Part shown: positions 38,518 to 47,835 of the stretch, piece by piece
Position numbering within the stretch: the stretch's first letter is position 1
Layout of the letters: each line of letters starts with the position of its first letter
From: Planctomycetota bacterium
Lineage (GTDB): Bacteria > Planctomycetota > SZUA-567 > H5-PLA8
DNA: 64,000 nucleotides
Assembly: GCA_045863855.1 (NCBI GenBank)
Contig: BTVV01000001.1
Coordinates: 1 to 64,000, forward strand
Reading direction: 5' to 3'
Position numbers and translations under genes: made by a program
Notes under the pieces: model-generated
Databases searched by the model: none
Seen by the model: only the letters and a program-made list of their open reading frames with translations
Told to the model about the DNA's origin: nothing

Positions 38518-39831
38518 ATGGCCGATTACCATCGCAAGTACTTCGGGCTCAAGAAGGAAGTCGCTCCGGTCCTGGAAGGCACCTACGCCTCGCGCCTCGT
38601 GGACCTGCTCCGGCTCAAAGGCTACGAAGTCGCCTTCGGCGGACTCACCGTCAAGCTGGCCAAGGAATTCGGCTTCTGCGTCGGCGTCGAACGCTCGATC
38701 CAGATGGCCTACGAAACGCGCCGCATGTTCCCGCATAAGCGCATCTTCATCACCGCCGAGATCATCCACAACGCGTACGTCAACAAACAGCTCGTCGAGA
38801 TGGGCTGCATCTTCCTCAACGGCCAGTACAAGAACGGGAACTTCGAGAACATCACCGCCGACGACGTCGTGATCCTGCCCGCCTTCGGCGCCAGCGTCGA
38901 AGAGATCGAAGAGATCAAGAAGAAGGGCGCCTTCATCGTCGACAGCACCTGCGGCGCGGTGGTCAGCGTCTGGAACAACGTTCACCGCTATGCGAAGGAC
39001 GATTTCACGAGCCTGATTCACGGCAAATACAGCCACGAAGAAACCATCGCCACCGCCAGCCGCGCCACCGGCAAAGCCGATGGCTACACCGGCATCGACG
39101 TCGGCAAGCAGGGCAAGTACCTCATCGTCCGCGACATGGACGAAGCGAAGTACGTCTGCGAATACATCATCCGCGGCGGGAACCGCGACGAGTTCCTCAA
39201 GAAATTCAAGCACGGCACCAGCGTCGGCTTCGATCCCGACCGCGATCTCGAACGCATCGGCGTCGCCAACCAGACCACGATGCTCAGCAGCGAAACGCTG
39301 GCCATCCAGGGCGCCGTGCGCGCGGCCTTCGTCCAGAAGTACGGCGAAGCCGAAACGCAGCAGCGCGTGCGCAGCGCCGATACGATCTGCAGCGCCACGC
39401 AGGACCGCCAGGACGCCATGGGCGAGATGCTCCAGCGCCGCCGCCCCGACGTGATGATCGTCATCGGCGGCTACAACAGCTCGAACACGGGGCACCTCGC
39501 CGAGATGGGCATCGAGAAGGGCGTGCCCACCTACCACATCGACGACGGCACCTGCCTGATGAGCAAGAATCAGATCCGCCATCAGCCCATCGGCGCGAAG
39601 GAGAACGTCGTCACCGAGAACTGGTGGCCGCGCAGCGCCGAACCGCTGATCGGGATCACCGCCGGCGCGAGCACGCCGAACAACAAGATCGGCGATGTCT
39701 TCGTGCGGCTCTTCGAACTCAACGGCGCGGACCTCGACGAGATGATGGCCAGCGTCGAAGGACTGCCCACGCCGGAGCTGACCGAAGAAGAGAAGCGCAA
39801 GCTCGAACGCATGAAGATTCTGCACCACTAG
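38518..39831 (+). CDS. ispH: 4-hydroxy-3-methylbut-2-enyl diphosphate reductase
   Basis: FGFCVGV, IIHN, DSTC, NQTT, TICSATQDRQ, SSNT, TAGASTP. Confidence 0.95.
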   Translation: MADYHRKYFGLKKEVAPVLEGTYASRLVDLLRLKGYEVAFGGLTVKLAKEFGFCVGVERSIQMAYETRRMFPHKRIFITAEIIHNAYVNKQLVEMGCIFLNGQYKNGNFENITADDVVILPAFGASVEEIEEIKKKGAFIVDSTCGAVVSVWNNVHRYAKDDFTSLIHGKYSHEETIATASRATGKADGYTGIDVGKQGKYLIVRDMDEAKYVCEYIIRGGNRDEFLKKFKHGTSVGFDPDRDLERIGVANQTTMLSSETLAIQGAVRAAFVQKYGEAETQQRVRSADTICSATQDRQDAMGEMLQRRRPDVMIVIGGYNSSNTGHLAEMGIEKGVPTYHIDDGTCLMSKNQIRHQPIGAKENVVTENWWPRSAEPLIGITAGASTPNNKIGDVFVRLFELNGADLDEMMASVEGLPTPELTEEEKRKLERMKILHH

Positions 39832-39869
39832 TAGGCGCGCAATTCGAATCAGAAAAGCGATTTATGGAG

Positions 39870-39908
39870 ACCCCGCGAGTGGCGCCACCGCCGCCCGTGG
39901 GGTTTTTC
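39870..39908 (+). terminator. hairpin terminator between ispH and convergent tRNA-Leu
   Basis: ACCCCGCG...CGTGGGGT followed by T run. Confidence 0.6.
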
Positions 39909-39939
39909 GTTTGCCGGAAACTGGAAACGCGGTTTGAGG

Positions 39940-40027
<88 letters not shown>

Positions 40028-40217
40028 GGCATGAGCGGCCATTTTCGCCGGAGCGCGCGGCAGTTCAAGCGAGCGCCGCAAGCGCCGGCGGCCCTCCGGC
40101 GCAAAATCCAAAATAAACGCTATCGTAGACGACGGCCATCTCGGCTCCCCGCAAGCACTTCCAGGGGGAACGCCAGACGCGAGCGTCTAAGATATAACAA
40201 AATATGCACCGAAATTC

Positions 40218-40246
40218 TTGATTACGTGAACATTGCCGAGTACACT
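40218..40246 (+). promoter_or_regulatory. sigma70-like promoter facing the phage-like cluster
   Basis: TTGATT-17 nt-TACACT in AT-rich intergenic DNA. Confidence 0.55.
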
Positions 40247-40339
40247 AACGTATACTGAATATGAGCGCTAGCACATAGGGAAGCGGTCCAGATCGTCACC
40301 GGGTCGTCCGGCGCTCCAACTCCAATGCAGGGGGGAACC

Positions 40340-40600
40340 ATGCCTACCGTCCATACCTGGGGAGCGTCACGCCCGGCGCCGCCGCACGCGGAACCGGCGG
40401 CGTTCCTGCGTACGCCCGAAGTCGCCAGAAAGCTTGGAATATCCACGAAACGTGTACGCCTGCTGCTGCGTCAAGGCAAGCTCCCCGGTGTCCGCGTGGG
40501 CTCCGTCTGGTACGTGCCCCGCGAAGCCCTCGACGCCTTCCTCCGCCACCTCGTCGCCCAAGCGCAACACAACGTCATCAACCGCTTACAAGAGAAATGA
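40340..40600 (+). CDS. excisionase-type HTH DNA-binding protein
   Basis: LRTPEVARKLGIS..RVRLLLRQGKLPGVRVG..WYVP. Confidence 0.85.
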   Translation: MPTVHTWGASRPAPPHAEPAAFLRTPEVARKLGISTKRVRLLLRQGKLPGVRVGSVWYVPREALDAFLRHLVAQAQHNVINRLQEK

Positions 40601-40674
40601 AACGCAGCGCCTCCCGCGCCCTTCCGCGTCATCGCATCCCGGTTCATGACCGTCTTGCTGGCAAAGGAAATCAA

Positions 40675-40977
40675 ATGATTCAGCTCCATACGAAAATCGA
40701 AAAGAAACTTTCCGGGGAGATGCTCCCGGAACTCGCAGCCGAATTTCGGCGCATCGCGAAGTGCTTGTGCAAAAAAGACCGCGCGATGCAGGAGGACTTA
40801 ATTCAGGAAATGGCGCTGGCGGCGTTATGCGTTCGCGGGGCGCACTCGTGGGGATACTACGTGCGTTTGGGGAGGTGGCGGGCGCGGGATTATCTGCGGC
40901 GCTTCGGGGCGCCGGCGGGCGGGACGTACGAGGACATCGAGCGGGCGCGGGATTTGGCGGCGGAACGGGAAGACTAG
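40675..40977 (+). CDS. small sigma-factor region 2-like protein
   Basis: EDLIQEMALAAL...ARDYLRR. Confidence 0.5.
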   Translation: MIQLHTKIEKKLSGEMLPELAAEFRRIAKCLCKKDRAMQEDLIQEMALAALCVRGAHSWGYYVRLGRWRARDYLRRFGAPAGGTYEDIERARDLAAERED

Positions 40978-41092
40978 GCCGCGGCGGGCGCTTATCACGG
41001 AGCCAGACGCGCCGCGCTCTCCGCGCGGCCGGGCTTCGGCGGCGGCTACGCGGCAGCAACTCTATTTTTCGAGCATTCCGGGGGGAAATTCT

Positions 41093-41356
41093 GTGCTGGA
41101 GTCGGATCCTATCGCGGCGGCGGAGCGGCTGGTGCGCATCGAAGCTCAGCTCGATGCCCTGGTCTTGCTCACTTCGCGTTTGCACGGCGAGATGAAGGAG
41201 CAGCTCGATCTGGAGCGCCGGCGCTTCGAGGCGCTGGATGCGCGGGCGGGGGCTCTGGAGCGCGAGGCCGAGCGGACGCGGACGCACCTGGCTTGGATGA
41301 AGGGCGTCTGGGCGGCGGTGCAGGCTCCGATTCTGGCCTGGCTGGGCCTGAAATAG
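41093..41356 (+). CDS. coiled-coil protein with C-terminal hydrophobic segment (phage lysis-module-like)
   Basis: ERLVRIEAQLD...; C-terminal hydrophobic tail. Confidence 0.55.
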   Translation: MLESDPIAAAERLVRIEAQLDALVLLTSRLHGEMKEQLDLERRRFEALDARAGALEREAERTRTHLAWMKGVWAAVQAPILAWLGLK

Positions 41357-41486
41357 TTTCGCCGCGCGCCGGATCTTCCCGCGGCCCGCGGAGCGATGTC
41401 ACGCCGGCGGCTGGAGCGCGGCTCTCTCTCTTTTCGAATGGGCGCACCCTGTTCACGGTGGATTCTTTTTTCATAGGAGGCCTTTC

Positions 41487-41699
41487 ATGCGTGCATTTCT
41501 GGGCAAATTGGGCGGGCGGAAGTTCATTCTCGCGGTCTTCGGCGCGATCGCGGTGGGCTTGAACGGACTCTTGGGACTCGACGAGGCGAGCATCCTGGCG
41601 CTGGGCGGGATCGTCGCGACGTACTTGATGGGGCAGGGGATCGCCGACGGACTTTCGGGCGGCTTCACGTCGACGACGGAGGATGCGAAGGAGAAGTAG
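41487..41699 (+). CDS. putative holin
   Basis: 70 aa, two TM segments, GRKF...YLMGQGIAD, charged C-terminus; AGGAGG RBS. Confidence 0.7.
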   Translation: MRAFLGKLGGRKFILAVFGAIAVGLNGLLGLDEASILALGGIVATYLMGQGIADGLSGGFTSTTEDAKEK

Positions 41700-41764
41700 G
41701 CGATTGGAGTGCGGACTGAAGAACAGAGCGCGGCATTGAGGTTGCGCTTCGCGCGGCTTGTCCT

Positions 41765-41806
41765 GTTCACCTCCCCTACCCCTCCTTGGCAAGGAGGGGA
41801 AACGGC
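41765..41806. repeat. REP-like palindrome CCTCCCCTAC.CCTCCTTGGCAAGGAGGGGA
   Basis: near-identical copies at 54689 and 54769; variants at 53438 and 61861. Confidence 0.75.
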
Positions 41807-41862
41807 CGAGCGCGCTTCGCGCGGTCTATCTGGCAAACGGTGTGGCGAGAGGGTCGGGCACG

Positions 41863-42471
41863 CTAACGGCGCGCGAGGCCGCTGAGTTCGGCGAGGTCTT
41901 CGACGGTGCGGTGAAGTTCGGCGACGAGCGGCGATTCGCCGTGGCTGCGGTAGGCATCGACGAGCGAACGGTAGTACCAAAGCGTGCCGTCGCGGCCGCC
42001 GTTGAAACGATCCCAAAGCATATCGCCGATCACGTGGTAATCGGCGCGGAGGTCGCGCGCGTTGGCGAGCTTGTCGCAGGCGCTGACGAGGCGGACGGAA
42101 GGCGAGGCGGTGCGGACGTGAGCGATGTAGCGTTCCTTGCGTTCGCGCCAGGGCGGCTTGGGTTCGGTGTCGGCGTCGGTGCAGCCGACGACGATGGCCG
42201 CGACGGCGGGCCCGTATTCGCGTTCGATCTCGGCGACACGCGGCTTGCCGCCGCAGTCTTCGACGATGTCGTGGAGAAGTCCGGCGATGACTTCGTCCTC
42301 GTTGCCGCCGTGTTCCATGACCAGCGCCGCGACGGTCATCAGGTGCGAGAGGTATGCGACTTCCTTGCCTTTGCGTTTGTGGTGGCCGTGACAGCGATGG
42401 GCGTCGAGGAAGGCGTTTTCGAAGCGTGGCGAGTAGTAGGGGAGGGGCGCTTTGTCGGGGTGGGGGCGCAT
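41863..42471 (-). CDS. HD domain protein (Mesh1/small alarmone hydrolase-like)
   Basis: H..RKG..AYLSHL, AGLLHDIVED, DKLANA. Confidence 0.85.
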   Translation of the reverse strand: MRPHPDKAPLPYYSPRFENAFLDAHRCHGHHKRKGKEVAYLSHLMTVAALVMEHGGNEDEVIAGLLHDIVEDCGGKPRVAEIEREYGPAVAAIVVGCTDADTEPKPPWRERKERYIAHVRTASPSVRLVSACDKLANARDLRADYHVIGDMLWDRFNGGRDGTLWYYRSLVDAYRSHGESPLVAELHRTVEDLAELSGLARR

Positions 42472-42680
42472 GGAGTGGGCCTCGGAGTGGAAAGTGGAGC
42501 GTAAAAGGTGAGGTACGAAACTTCAAAAAGCAAAAAGCAATGAGTAATAAGGGCGTTGCGGTGGGCTGTTCGGCCGCACTACGCGCGTAGCACCTTACGC
42601 ATCGCGTCTCGCGTCGTACGCCGTTCATTACTCATTAAATTTTCACCGTTCACCGCAGCGCATCATCAAGGAAGCACCGC

Positions 42681-42977
42681 ATGTCTTGGGGACCGTTTTT
42701 AAGTCTGCTGCTGCGCGCTCTGCCGGACGTGCTGTTCTTGTGCCGGCGGCGGGCGGAGCGATCGGATCGGGAGGAGTTGCATGCAAGCGAACAGACGTTC
42801 CGCGTGGCGCTGGCTCGCGGGGATCTCGATACTGCTTCTGTGTTGCTGGAGCGGCGGTTGCGGGAAGCGCGCCGTCTACGTCACGGGCGGGCACCGCATC
42901 GTGAAGCTGCAGAAGGGGCAGCCGGCGCCGGAGCGGGGCGTGTGGATGAGCGAGGAGTACCTGGCGGAGATTCATGA
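42681..42977 (+). CDS. putative i-spanin-like membrane protein
   Basis: N-terminal hydrophobic segment; overlaps lipoprotein ORF in another frame. Confidence 0.45.
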   Translation: MSWGPFLSLLLRALPDVLFLCRRRAERSDREELHASEQTFRVALARGDLDTASVLLERRLREARRLRHGRAPHREAAEGAAGAGAGRVDERGVPGGDS

Positions 42978-43002
42978 AGCGCTGGGGCGGGAAGGGCAAT
43001 AA
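42781..43002 (+). CDS. putative o-spanin-like lipoprotein
   Basis: GGAGGAG RBS; signal ILLLCCWSGG|C; 73 aa. Confidence 0.6.
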   Translation: MQANRRSAWRWLAGISILLLCCWSGGCGKRAVYVTGGHRIVKLQKGQPAPERGVWMSEEYLAEIHEALGREGQ

Positions 43003-43091
43003 GTAGAAGCAATGGACTCCATTCGGCGGGCGCAGGCGGGCGAACGTTCTGCATCGGCCCGATTTGCACTTTGAATCGAAAGGCTTTTCGC

Positions 43092-43358
43092 ATGGCCAAA
43101 ACGAAAGCGCTGCCGCTGGCGCCTTTGGCGCGGCATTCGACGGACGAATTGCTGGACGAGCTGGAGCGGCGGTCGCTGGGGTGCTTGGTGGTTTCGCTGC
43201 GGGTGGAGGAGCCGAACGCGGACGCGTGGCGTTACCGGATCAAGGGCTCGAACGTGCTGCTGGGGGCGATGAGCGCGGCGCTGACGGTGCGCATGCATTG
43301 CGTACTGACCGAGCGGGCGGAGTGGAACGACGATCCGTTCGCGGGGAGCGTGGTGTAG
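43092..43358 (+). CDS. hypothetical protein
   Basis: GC3-biased ORF co-oriented with cluster. Confidence 0.6.
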   Translation: MAKTKALPLAPLARHSTDELLDELERRSLGCLVVSLRVEEPNADAWRYRIKGSNVLLGAMSAALTVRMHCVLTERAEWNDDPFAGSVV

Positions 43359-43407
43359 GGGCTGGATTCACCGCGGAGGCGCGGAGGACGCAGAGAAGGG
43401 CCACGAA

Positions 43408-43438
43408 TTTCACCACGGAGCGCACAGAGCACACGGAG
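43408..43438. repeat. 31-bp direct repeat copy 1 (TTTCACCACGGAGCGCACAGAGCACACGGAG)
   Basis: identical to 45070-45100. Confidence 0.9.
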
Positions 43439-43696
43439 AAGGGCAGGGCAAACTGGAGACGGCGGGGTTTGGGTTGCGCTGAAGGTTCGATTGCAGCGAC
43501 ACGTTATTCATCCTGCGCATGCCTCGCATTACCGCATTTCGGCGGTCAGGCCGCGGGGATGAGTCATTTAGGATAAAGAAAGTCATGAGGTTAAGTAACT
43601 GGAGCTTTGACGGTCCGATGCAATTTAGGTAGAAGCGCGTACAAGATAGGCCGCACGAATGAGGTCGAATACAGAGTTAGGCACCTACGAGCGCAT

Positions 43697-43996
43697 ATGG
43701 CACTCATGAAATGCAGAGGGTGTCAGAGCAAGTTTGCAGTTGGATTCATGCCAACCGCCACCTGCGGACTGCTCATCATTCCCGCATTCGTGATTACGCT
43801 GATGGCGTCCTTTGTCATTTGGCGTTTTGTGACTTGGTGGGCACTGGTTCTTTCCATTCCTGCCTTCTTTCTCGCTTTGCTCGGAGTCCACTTCATCCCG
43901 TGGACTTGCGAGTATTTGTTTACGTTCTGGCGTCGTTGCCCGCGATGCGGACAGCGCCGATGGTCGTATCCATTTACTGAAGGGTTTGGATTATGA
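43697..43996 (+). CDS. integron cassette 1: membrane protein with two CxxC motifs
   Basis: lower GC; preceded by GTTAGGC core site (43676); followed by attC-like site. Confidence 0.7.
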   Translation: MALMKCRGCQSKFAVGFMPTATCGLLIIPAFVITLMASFVIWRFVTWWALVLSIPAFFLALLGVHFIPWTCEYLFTFWRRCPRCGQRRWSYPFTEGFGL

Positions 43997-44006
43997 GTCA
44001 CACGAT

Positions 44007-44106
44007 GGCTAATCATGCGCTGTAACGAACTTGGCATGACGTGGCGGCTTCCGGTATCTTCAAGCTCTGTCTCGGCGGGCCGGGCAGGTGAGCTTGGTCG
44101 TTCGGC
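44007..44106 (+). other. attC-like site (degenerate R'')
   Basis: GGCTAAT CATGCGCTG ... GGTGAGCTTGGTC GTTCGGC. Confidence 0.6.
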
Positions 44107-44124
44107 GGCAGAAGGGGGTTTCCC

Positions 44125-44610
44125 GTGAGTCGAAGATTGTTTCTTATGCTGGCGATGGCTGCGAGCGTGACGTGTCTCCCTGCGGCCGCCGCTGATCCCG
44201 ATCCGGCTGTATCGCTGCTCCTGCACAAAGTTGCAGCCGAGCGTTTGGAGAAGGACATCCACTTCCGGTGCGAGGTGACTCTCGACAACGGCACCGGCCG
44301 CGACCTGGCCGTGCGGTCGAACTTCAGCTCGGTCTTCGACGGGCTGGAGGTCGTCGTGACCGACCCGAAGGGCAAGGTTCTGGTGCAGCGGGGGTACACG
44401 ATCCACCAGTCGCCGTTCGCCCCGCCGGGCCGTGTGTTCCCCCTCAAGCAGGGTCAGACGGCGGGTACGTTGGTGTTCCCCATCCACGATTTGCCGGCCG
44501 ATGCGCGGACGCTCAAGGTCCGCTTGGTGGGTACACTGCCGGGGAGCGGTTTCGAGCGGATTTTGTCGTCGGAGACGCTGGAGGTCACGGTCACGGCGCG
44601 TGACCAGTGA
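44125..44610 (+). CDS. integron cassette 2: secreted hypothetical protein
   Basis: signal peptide; bounded by attC-like sites. Confidence 0.7.
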   Translation: MSRRLFLMLAMAASVTCLPAAAADPDPAVSLLLHKVAAERLEKDIHFRCEVTLDNGTGRDLAVRSNFSSVFDGLEVVVTDPKGKVLVQRGYTIHQSPFAPPGRVFPLKQGQTAGTLVFPIHDLPADARTLKVRLVGTLPGSGFERILSSETLEVTVTARDQ

Positions 44611-44623
44611 GGAGCAAAGGCAC

Positions 44624-44720
44624 GCCGAACCAAGCGCTGCAGCAGACGGCGGGGGCATGACGGCTTTCCAAGGGTTGAAGTCTCTGCAGCCGGTCCCGCT
44701 GCTGAACTCGATCGTTCGGC
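44624..44720 (+). other. attC site
   Basis: R'' GCCGAAC and R' GTTCGGC perfectly complementary; inner CAGCAG/CTGCTG boxes. Confidence 0.8.
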
Positions 44721-44735
44721 GGAAGTTGCGCGTAT

Positions 44736-45011
44736 ATGACAAACAAGAGACAGACTCCCTGGCGTCGTAGATTGACCAAAGTGCTCATCACCATCGGTCC
44801 GGTTACGGTGCTAGCAGGCATTGCTCTCCAGACTCCCGCTCTTACTGGATTCGCGTTGCTGCTTTGCTTTCTGGCGGTGGCCTTCGGCAAGTACACCGTT
44901 GTGTGTGCCAAGTGTGGGAAGAAGTATCATGCGATTGGCGTGGAGGTACTCTGCTGTTACAGCTGTGGCGCACCTTACTTTGAGGAGGCAGAGAAACATG
45001 ATGCTGTCTAA
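44736..45011 (+). CDS. integron cassette 3: membrane protein with zinc-ribbon
   Basis: two TM segments, CAKC...CYSC; stop overlaps R''-like GTCTAAC. Confidence 0.65.
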   Translation: MTNKRQTPWRRRLTKVLITIGPVTVLAGIALQTPALTGFALLLCFLAVAFGKYTVVCAKCGKKYHAIGVEVLCCYSCGAPYFEEAEKHDAV

Positions 45012-45069
45012 CCGGATCACTGCACACAAGGCTGGATAGCCGCCTCAGTTCCGCTTCGCGGTCCACGGC

Positions 45070-45100
45070 TTTCACCACGGAGCGCACAGAGCACACGGAG
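45070..45100. repeat. 31-bp direct repeat copy 2
   Basis: identical to 43408-43438. Confidence 0.9.
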
Positions 45101-45189
45101 CAGGGCAACGGCGTGCACTTTGGTTTGGAAGTCGTTACCTTTCCTGCGATTTGGCCCTTCTCGGCGTGCTCCGCGCCTCGGCGGCGAGA

Positions 45190-45990
45190 TCATCCTTCGA
45201 TCTCGAGTTCGGCGAGGACGGGGTAGTGGTCGCTGGGGTAGAGCGGGGGTTCGGCGTCGCGGACGATATGGCAGGTCTTGGCGCGGACGCGGGCGGTCCC
45301 ATCCTTATACAGAATCCAGTCGATGCGGCCGTGGTGGGGTTTGTTCAGGCGCGTGCCGGTAAACCCGTGGAAGGTGTAGATCTCGGGGCCGTCGGGTTGC
45401 CCGGTCTCGACATGCGCGTCGCGGTAACCGGCGGCGCGAAAGACTTCGTAGGGTTCTTCGCCGGGATCGGTGTTGAAGTCTCCGGTGATCAGCGTGAAGC
45501 CCGCGCCCGGGCTTAATTCGGCCAATTTTTTAACGATCAATTTCGCGCCTTCGATACGCGCCCATTGGCTCATGTGGTCCAGATGCGTATTGAGGTGCCA
45601 GCCTTCGAGGCCGCCGGCGAGCCGCAGCTTGAGCGCGAGGGCGGAGCGGATGCAGTTGGTGTCCCACGAGGCGCTGTGGCAATCGGGGGTTTCGCTGAGC
45701 CAGAAGGCTTTGGAGTCGAGGACTTCGACCGCGCCGGGTCGCCAGGCGGCGGAGGTGTAGCAGAAGGGATCGCGGTTGTTGTAATGCGGCCCGCGTTCGA
45801 TGCGGTGGGCGTTCCAGCCGCGCGCGTAGTGGTCGAGATTGCCGGTCTGGACTTCCTGAAAACCGACGAGATCGGGATCGAGTTTCTTGAGCGTGGCGAC
45901 GTTGAGCTCGGCTCGCGCGGGCCAGACGTTGGCTCCGTCGTTCACGAAACTTCCGCGCAAATTAAAGGTGACCACGCGCAGGGCAGGCAT
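45190..45990 (-). CDS. endonuclease/exonuclease/phosphatase family protein
   Basis: VTFNLR, GFQEV, NTHLDH, TGDFN, RIDWI, SDHYPV. Confidence 0.92.
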   Translation of the reverse strand: MPALRVVTFNLRGSFVNDGANVWPARAELNVATLKKLDPDLVGFQEVQTGNLDHYARGWNAHRIERGPHYNNRDPFCYTSAAWRPGAVEVLDSKAFWLSETPDCHSASWDTNCIRSALALKLRLAGGLEGWHLNTHLDHMSQWARIEGAKLIVKKLAELSPGAGFTLITGDFNTDPGEEPYEVFRAAGYRDAHVETGQPDGPEIYTFHGFTGTRLNKPHHGRIDWILYKDGTARVRAKTCHIVRDAEPPLYPSDHYPVLAELEIEG

Positions 45991-46108
45991 GAGGGGAACT
46001 CCAGGTGTGCGGGGGAGCATAGCGGATCGATTTTGGATTTTCGATTTCCGATTTTGGAGAGGGGCGCCTGGCCAAGGGGGCGAATTCGTGACGCTCACGT
46101 TCTGCTCG

Positions 46109-46279
46109 ATGCAGCGCAATCCGATACGCAAAGCAGCTCCGGCGTACTGCCGTTCGTGCAAGCGGACGGTGCAGGCGGTGCGGGCGTCGGCTCGGGATAC
46201 GCTGCGCTGCCGGGTGTGCGGAGGCGGAGTGATCGTCTCGCGGATGGTGGCGCGGAGTTTGGGGCTGCTGACCTTTTAG
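46109..46279 (+). CDS. small zinc-ribbon protein upstream of terminase
   Basis: CRSC...CRVC; start uncertain. Confidence 0.45.
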   Translation: MQRNPIRKAAPAYCRSCKRTVQAVRASARDTLRCRVCGGGVIVSRMVARSLGLLTF

Positions 46280-46315
46280 GCATTGGATGTTGGACATCGG
46301 TTCTTGGGATTGCGC

Positions 46316-47662
46316 ATGGCGATGCAGGAAGCGGCGGCGGGCGGGGCGGGGTCGGATGCGCTGAAGGTTTTTACGCCGGACCGGCTGCATGCGGCTCAGC
46401 GGGCGATCCATGCGCATCCGGCGCGGATCCGGGTGGCGGCGTGCGGGCGGCGCTTCGGGAAGACGACGCTGGGCCTGGTGGAGGCGGTGCAGACGGCGTT
46501 GCAGAAGCCGAACGCGCTGGTCTGGTGGGTGAGCGCGGCGAAGGAGCAGGCGAAGCGGCACGCGTGGAAGCTGAAGCGCGAACTGGACTGCGCGCACGAG
46601 AAGAACGGAAAGCACCGCAGCGACCGGATCGAATTTCGGAACGGATCGGTGCTGGAATTCCTGAGCGCGCTGAGCGGCGACCGGCTGCGCGGGGAGGGGC
46701 TGGACTTTTTGGTGATCGACGAGGCGGCAGACGTTCCGGAGGAGGTCTGGACGAGCGTGCTGCGGCCGGCGCTGGTGGACCGGCGGGGGCGCGCGCTGAT
46801 TCTGGGCACGCCGCGGGGGCGCGGGAACTGGCTGCACCGGCTGTATCTGCAGGGGCAGGACCCGGCGCTGGAGGCGGAGCTTCGCGCGTTCCGTTTCCCG
46901 ACGCTGGAGAATCCGAAGATCAAGGAGGAGGAGCTGGAGAGCACGCGGACCATCATGACGGCTTTAGAATTCAAGCAGGAATTCGAGGCCGAATTCGTGA
47001 ACGGTTCGGGGAAGGTCTTCGGCGACGTGCGGGCTCTGGCGACCTGCGAGAAGCGGGCGGTGGGGCGCGAACACGCGCGGTACTTCACCGGGATCGACCT
47101 GGCGCGCAGCGGCGATTACACGGTGCTGGTGAGTTTGCGCGCGCCGGACCCGGAGGTGTCGAGCGTGCTGCCGCCGGCGGCGCGGATGGAAGGCTACCAC
47201 CGCATGCGCGGGCTGCCTTGGGACGAGCAGCTCCGCGCGATCAAGGATCATCTGCGGCGATTTCCGGGGCCGTGCGTCGTCGACGCGACGGGGCTGGGCG
47301 ATCCGGTGGCCGAACGGATCCGGGCGTTTCATCCCGATACCGAGGCGTACCATTTTTCGAGCGTGCGGAAGCAGAACCTGGTCCGCGGGCTGCTGCTCGG
47401 TTTCGACCTGAAGCGGCTGTATCTGCTGCCGGAGGAGACGCTGCTGAGCGAACTGGAGAGTTTCGAGGCCGAAGAGCCGTCGCATTGGTCGCGCGGGCGC
47501 GCCCCCAAATACGGCGCTCCGGCCGGGCAGCACGACGACACGGTGATCGCGCTGGGCCTGGCGTGGTGGGGGTTGTGCCAGCGCGAGGGGATGCCGGGGA
47601 TCGACGAGGCGGGGTTGAAGGCGGCGGGGCGGATGTTCCGGTTTGGGTTCTTCGCGCGATGA
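46316..47662 (+). CDS. terminase large subunit
   Basis: GRRFGKT Walker A, LVIDEAA Walker B, GTP motif III, GIDLA and HDDTV nuclease motifs. Confidence 0.93.
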   Translation: MAMQEAAAGGAGSDALKVFTPDRLHAAQRAIHAHPARIRVAACGRRFGKTTLGLVEAVQTALQKPNALVWWVSAAKEQAKRHAWKLKRELDCAHEKNGKHRSDRIEFRNGSVLEFLSALSGDRLRGEGLDFLVIDEAADVPEEVWTSVLRPALVDRRGRALILGTPRGRGNWLHRLYLQGQDPALEAELRAFRFPTLENPKIKEEELESTRTIMTALEFKQEFEAEFVNGSGKVFGDVRALATCEKRAVGREHARYFTGIDLARSGDYTVLVSLRAPDPEVSSVLPPAARMEGYHRMRGLPWDEQLRAIKDHLRRFPGPCVVDATGLGDPVAERIRAFHPDTEAYHFSSVRKQNLVRGLLLGFDLKRLYLLPEETLLSELESFEAEEPSHWSRGRAPKYGAPAGQHDDTVIALGLAWWGLCQREGMPGIDEAGLKAAGRMFRFGFFAR

Positions 47663-47835
47663 GGGCGTGAAAGGCACAGGTACTAAGGGCGCGGCACGGC
47701 AGCTTGCGGGCGCTTAGGCGGCGATGCGGCCGTGCCTACGCTTCAGCTTTCCCCGCGCTGCGGGCGAGACGGCCGCGATACGAACGGCCCGTTCGCGCAT
47801 CGGGTTTCAGCCGGCCCTTCGCATAAGGAAATCGC

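Noticed and set aside
46109..46279. Terminase small subunit call for the ORF before terL
   Set aside because: Position fits, but it is a 56-aa zinc ribbon with no HTH or oligomerisation helices; left as hypothetical.
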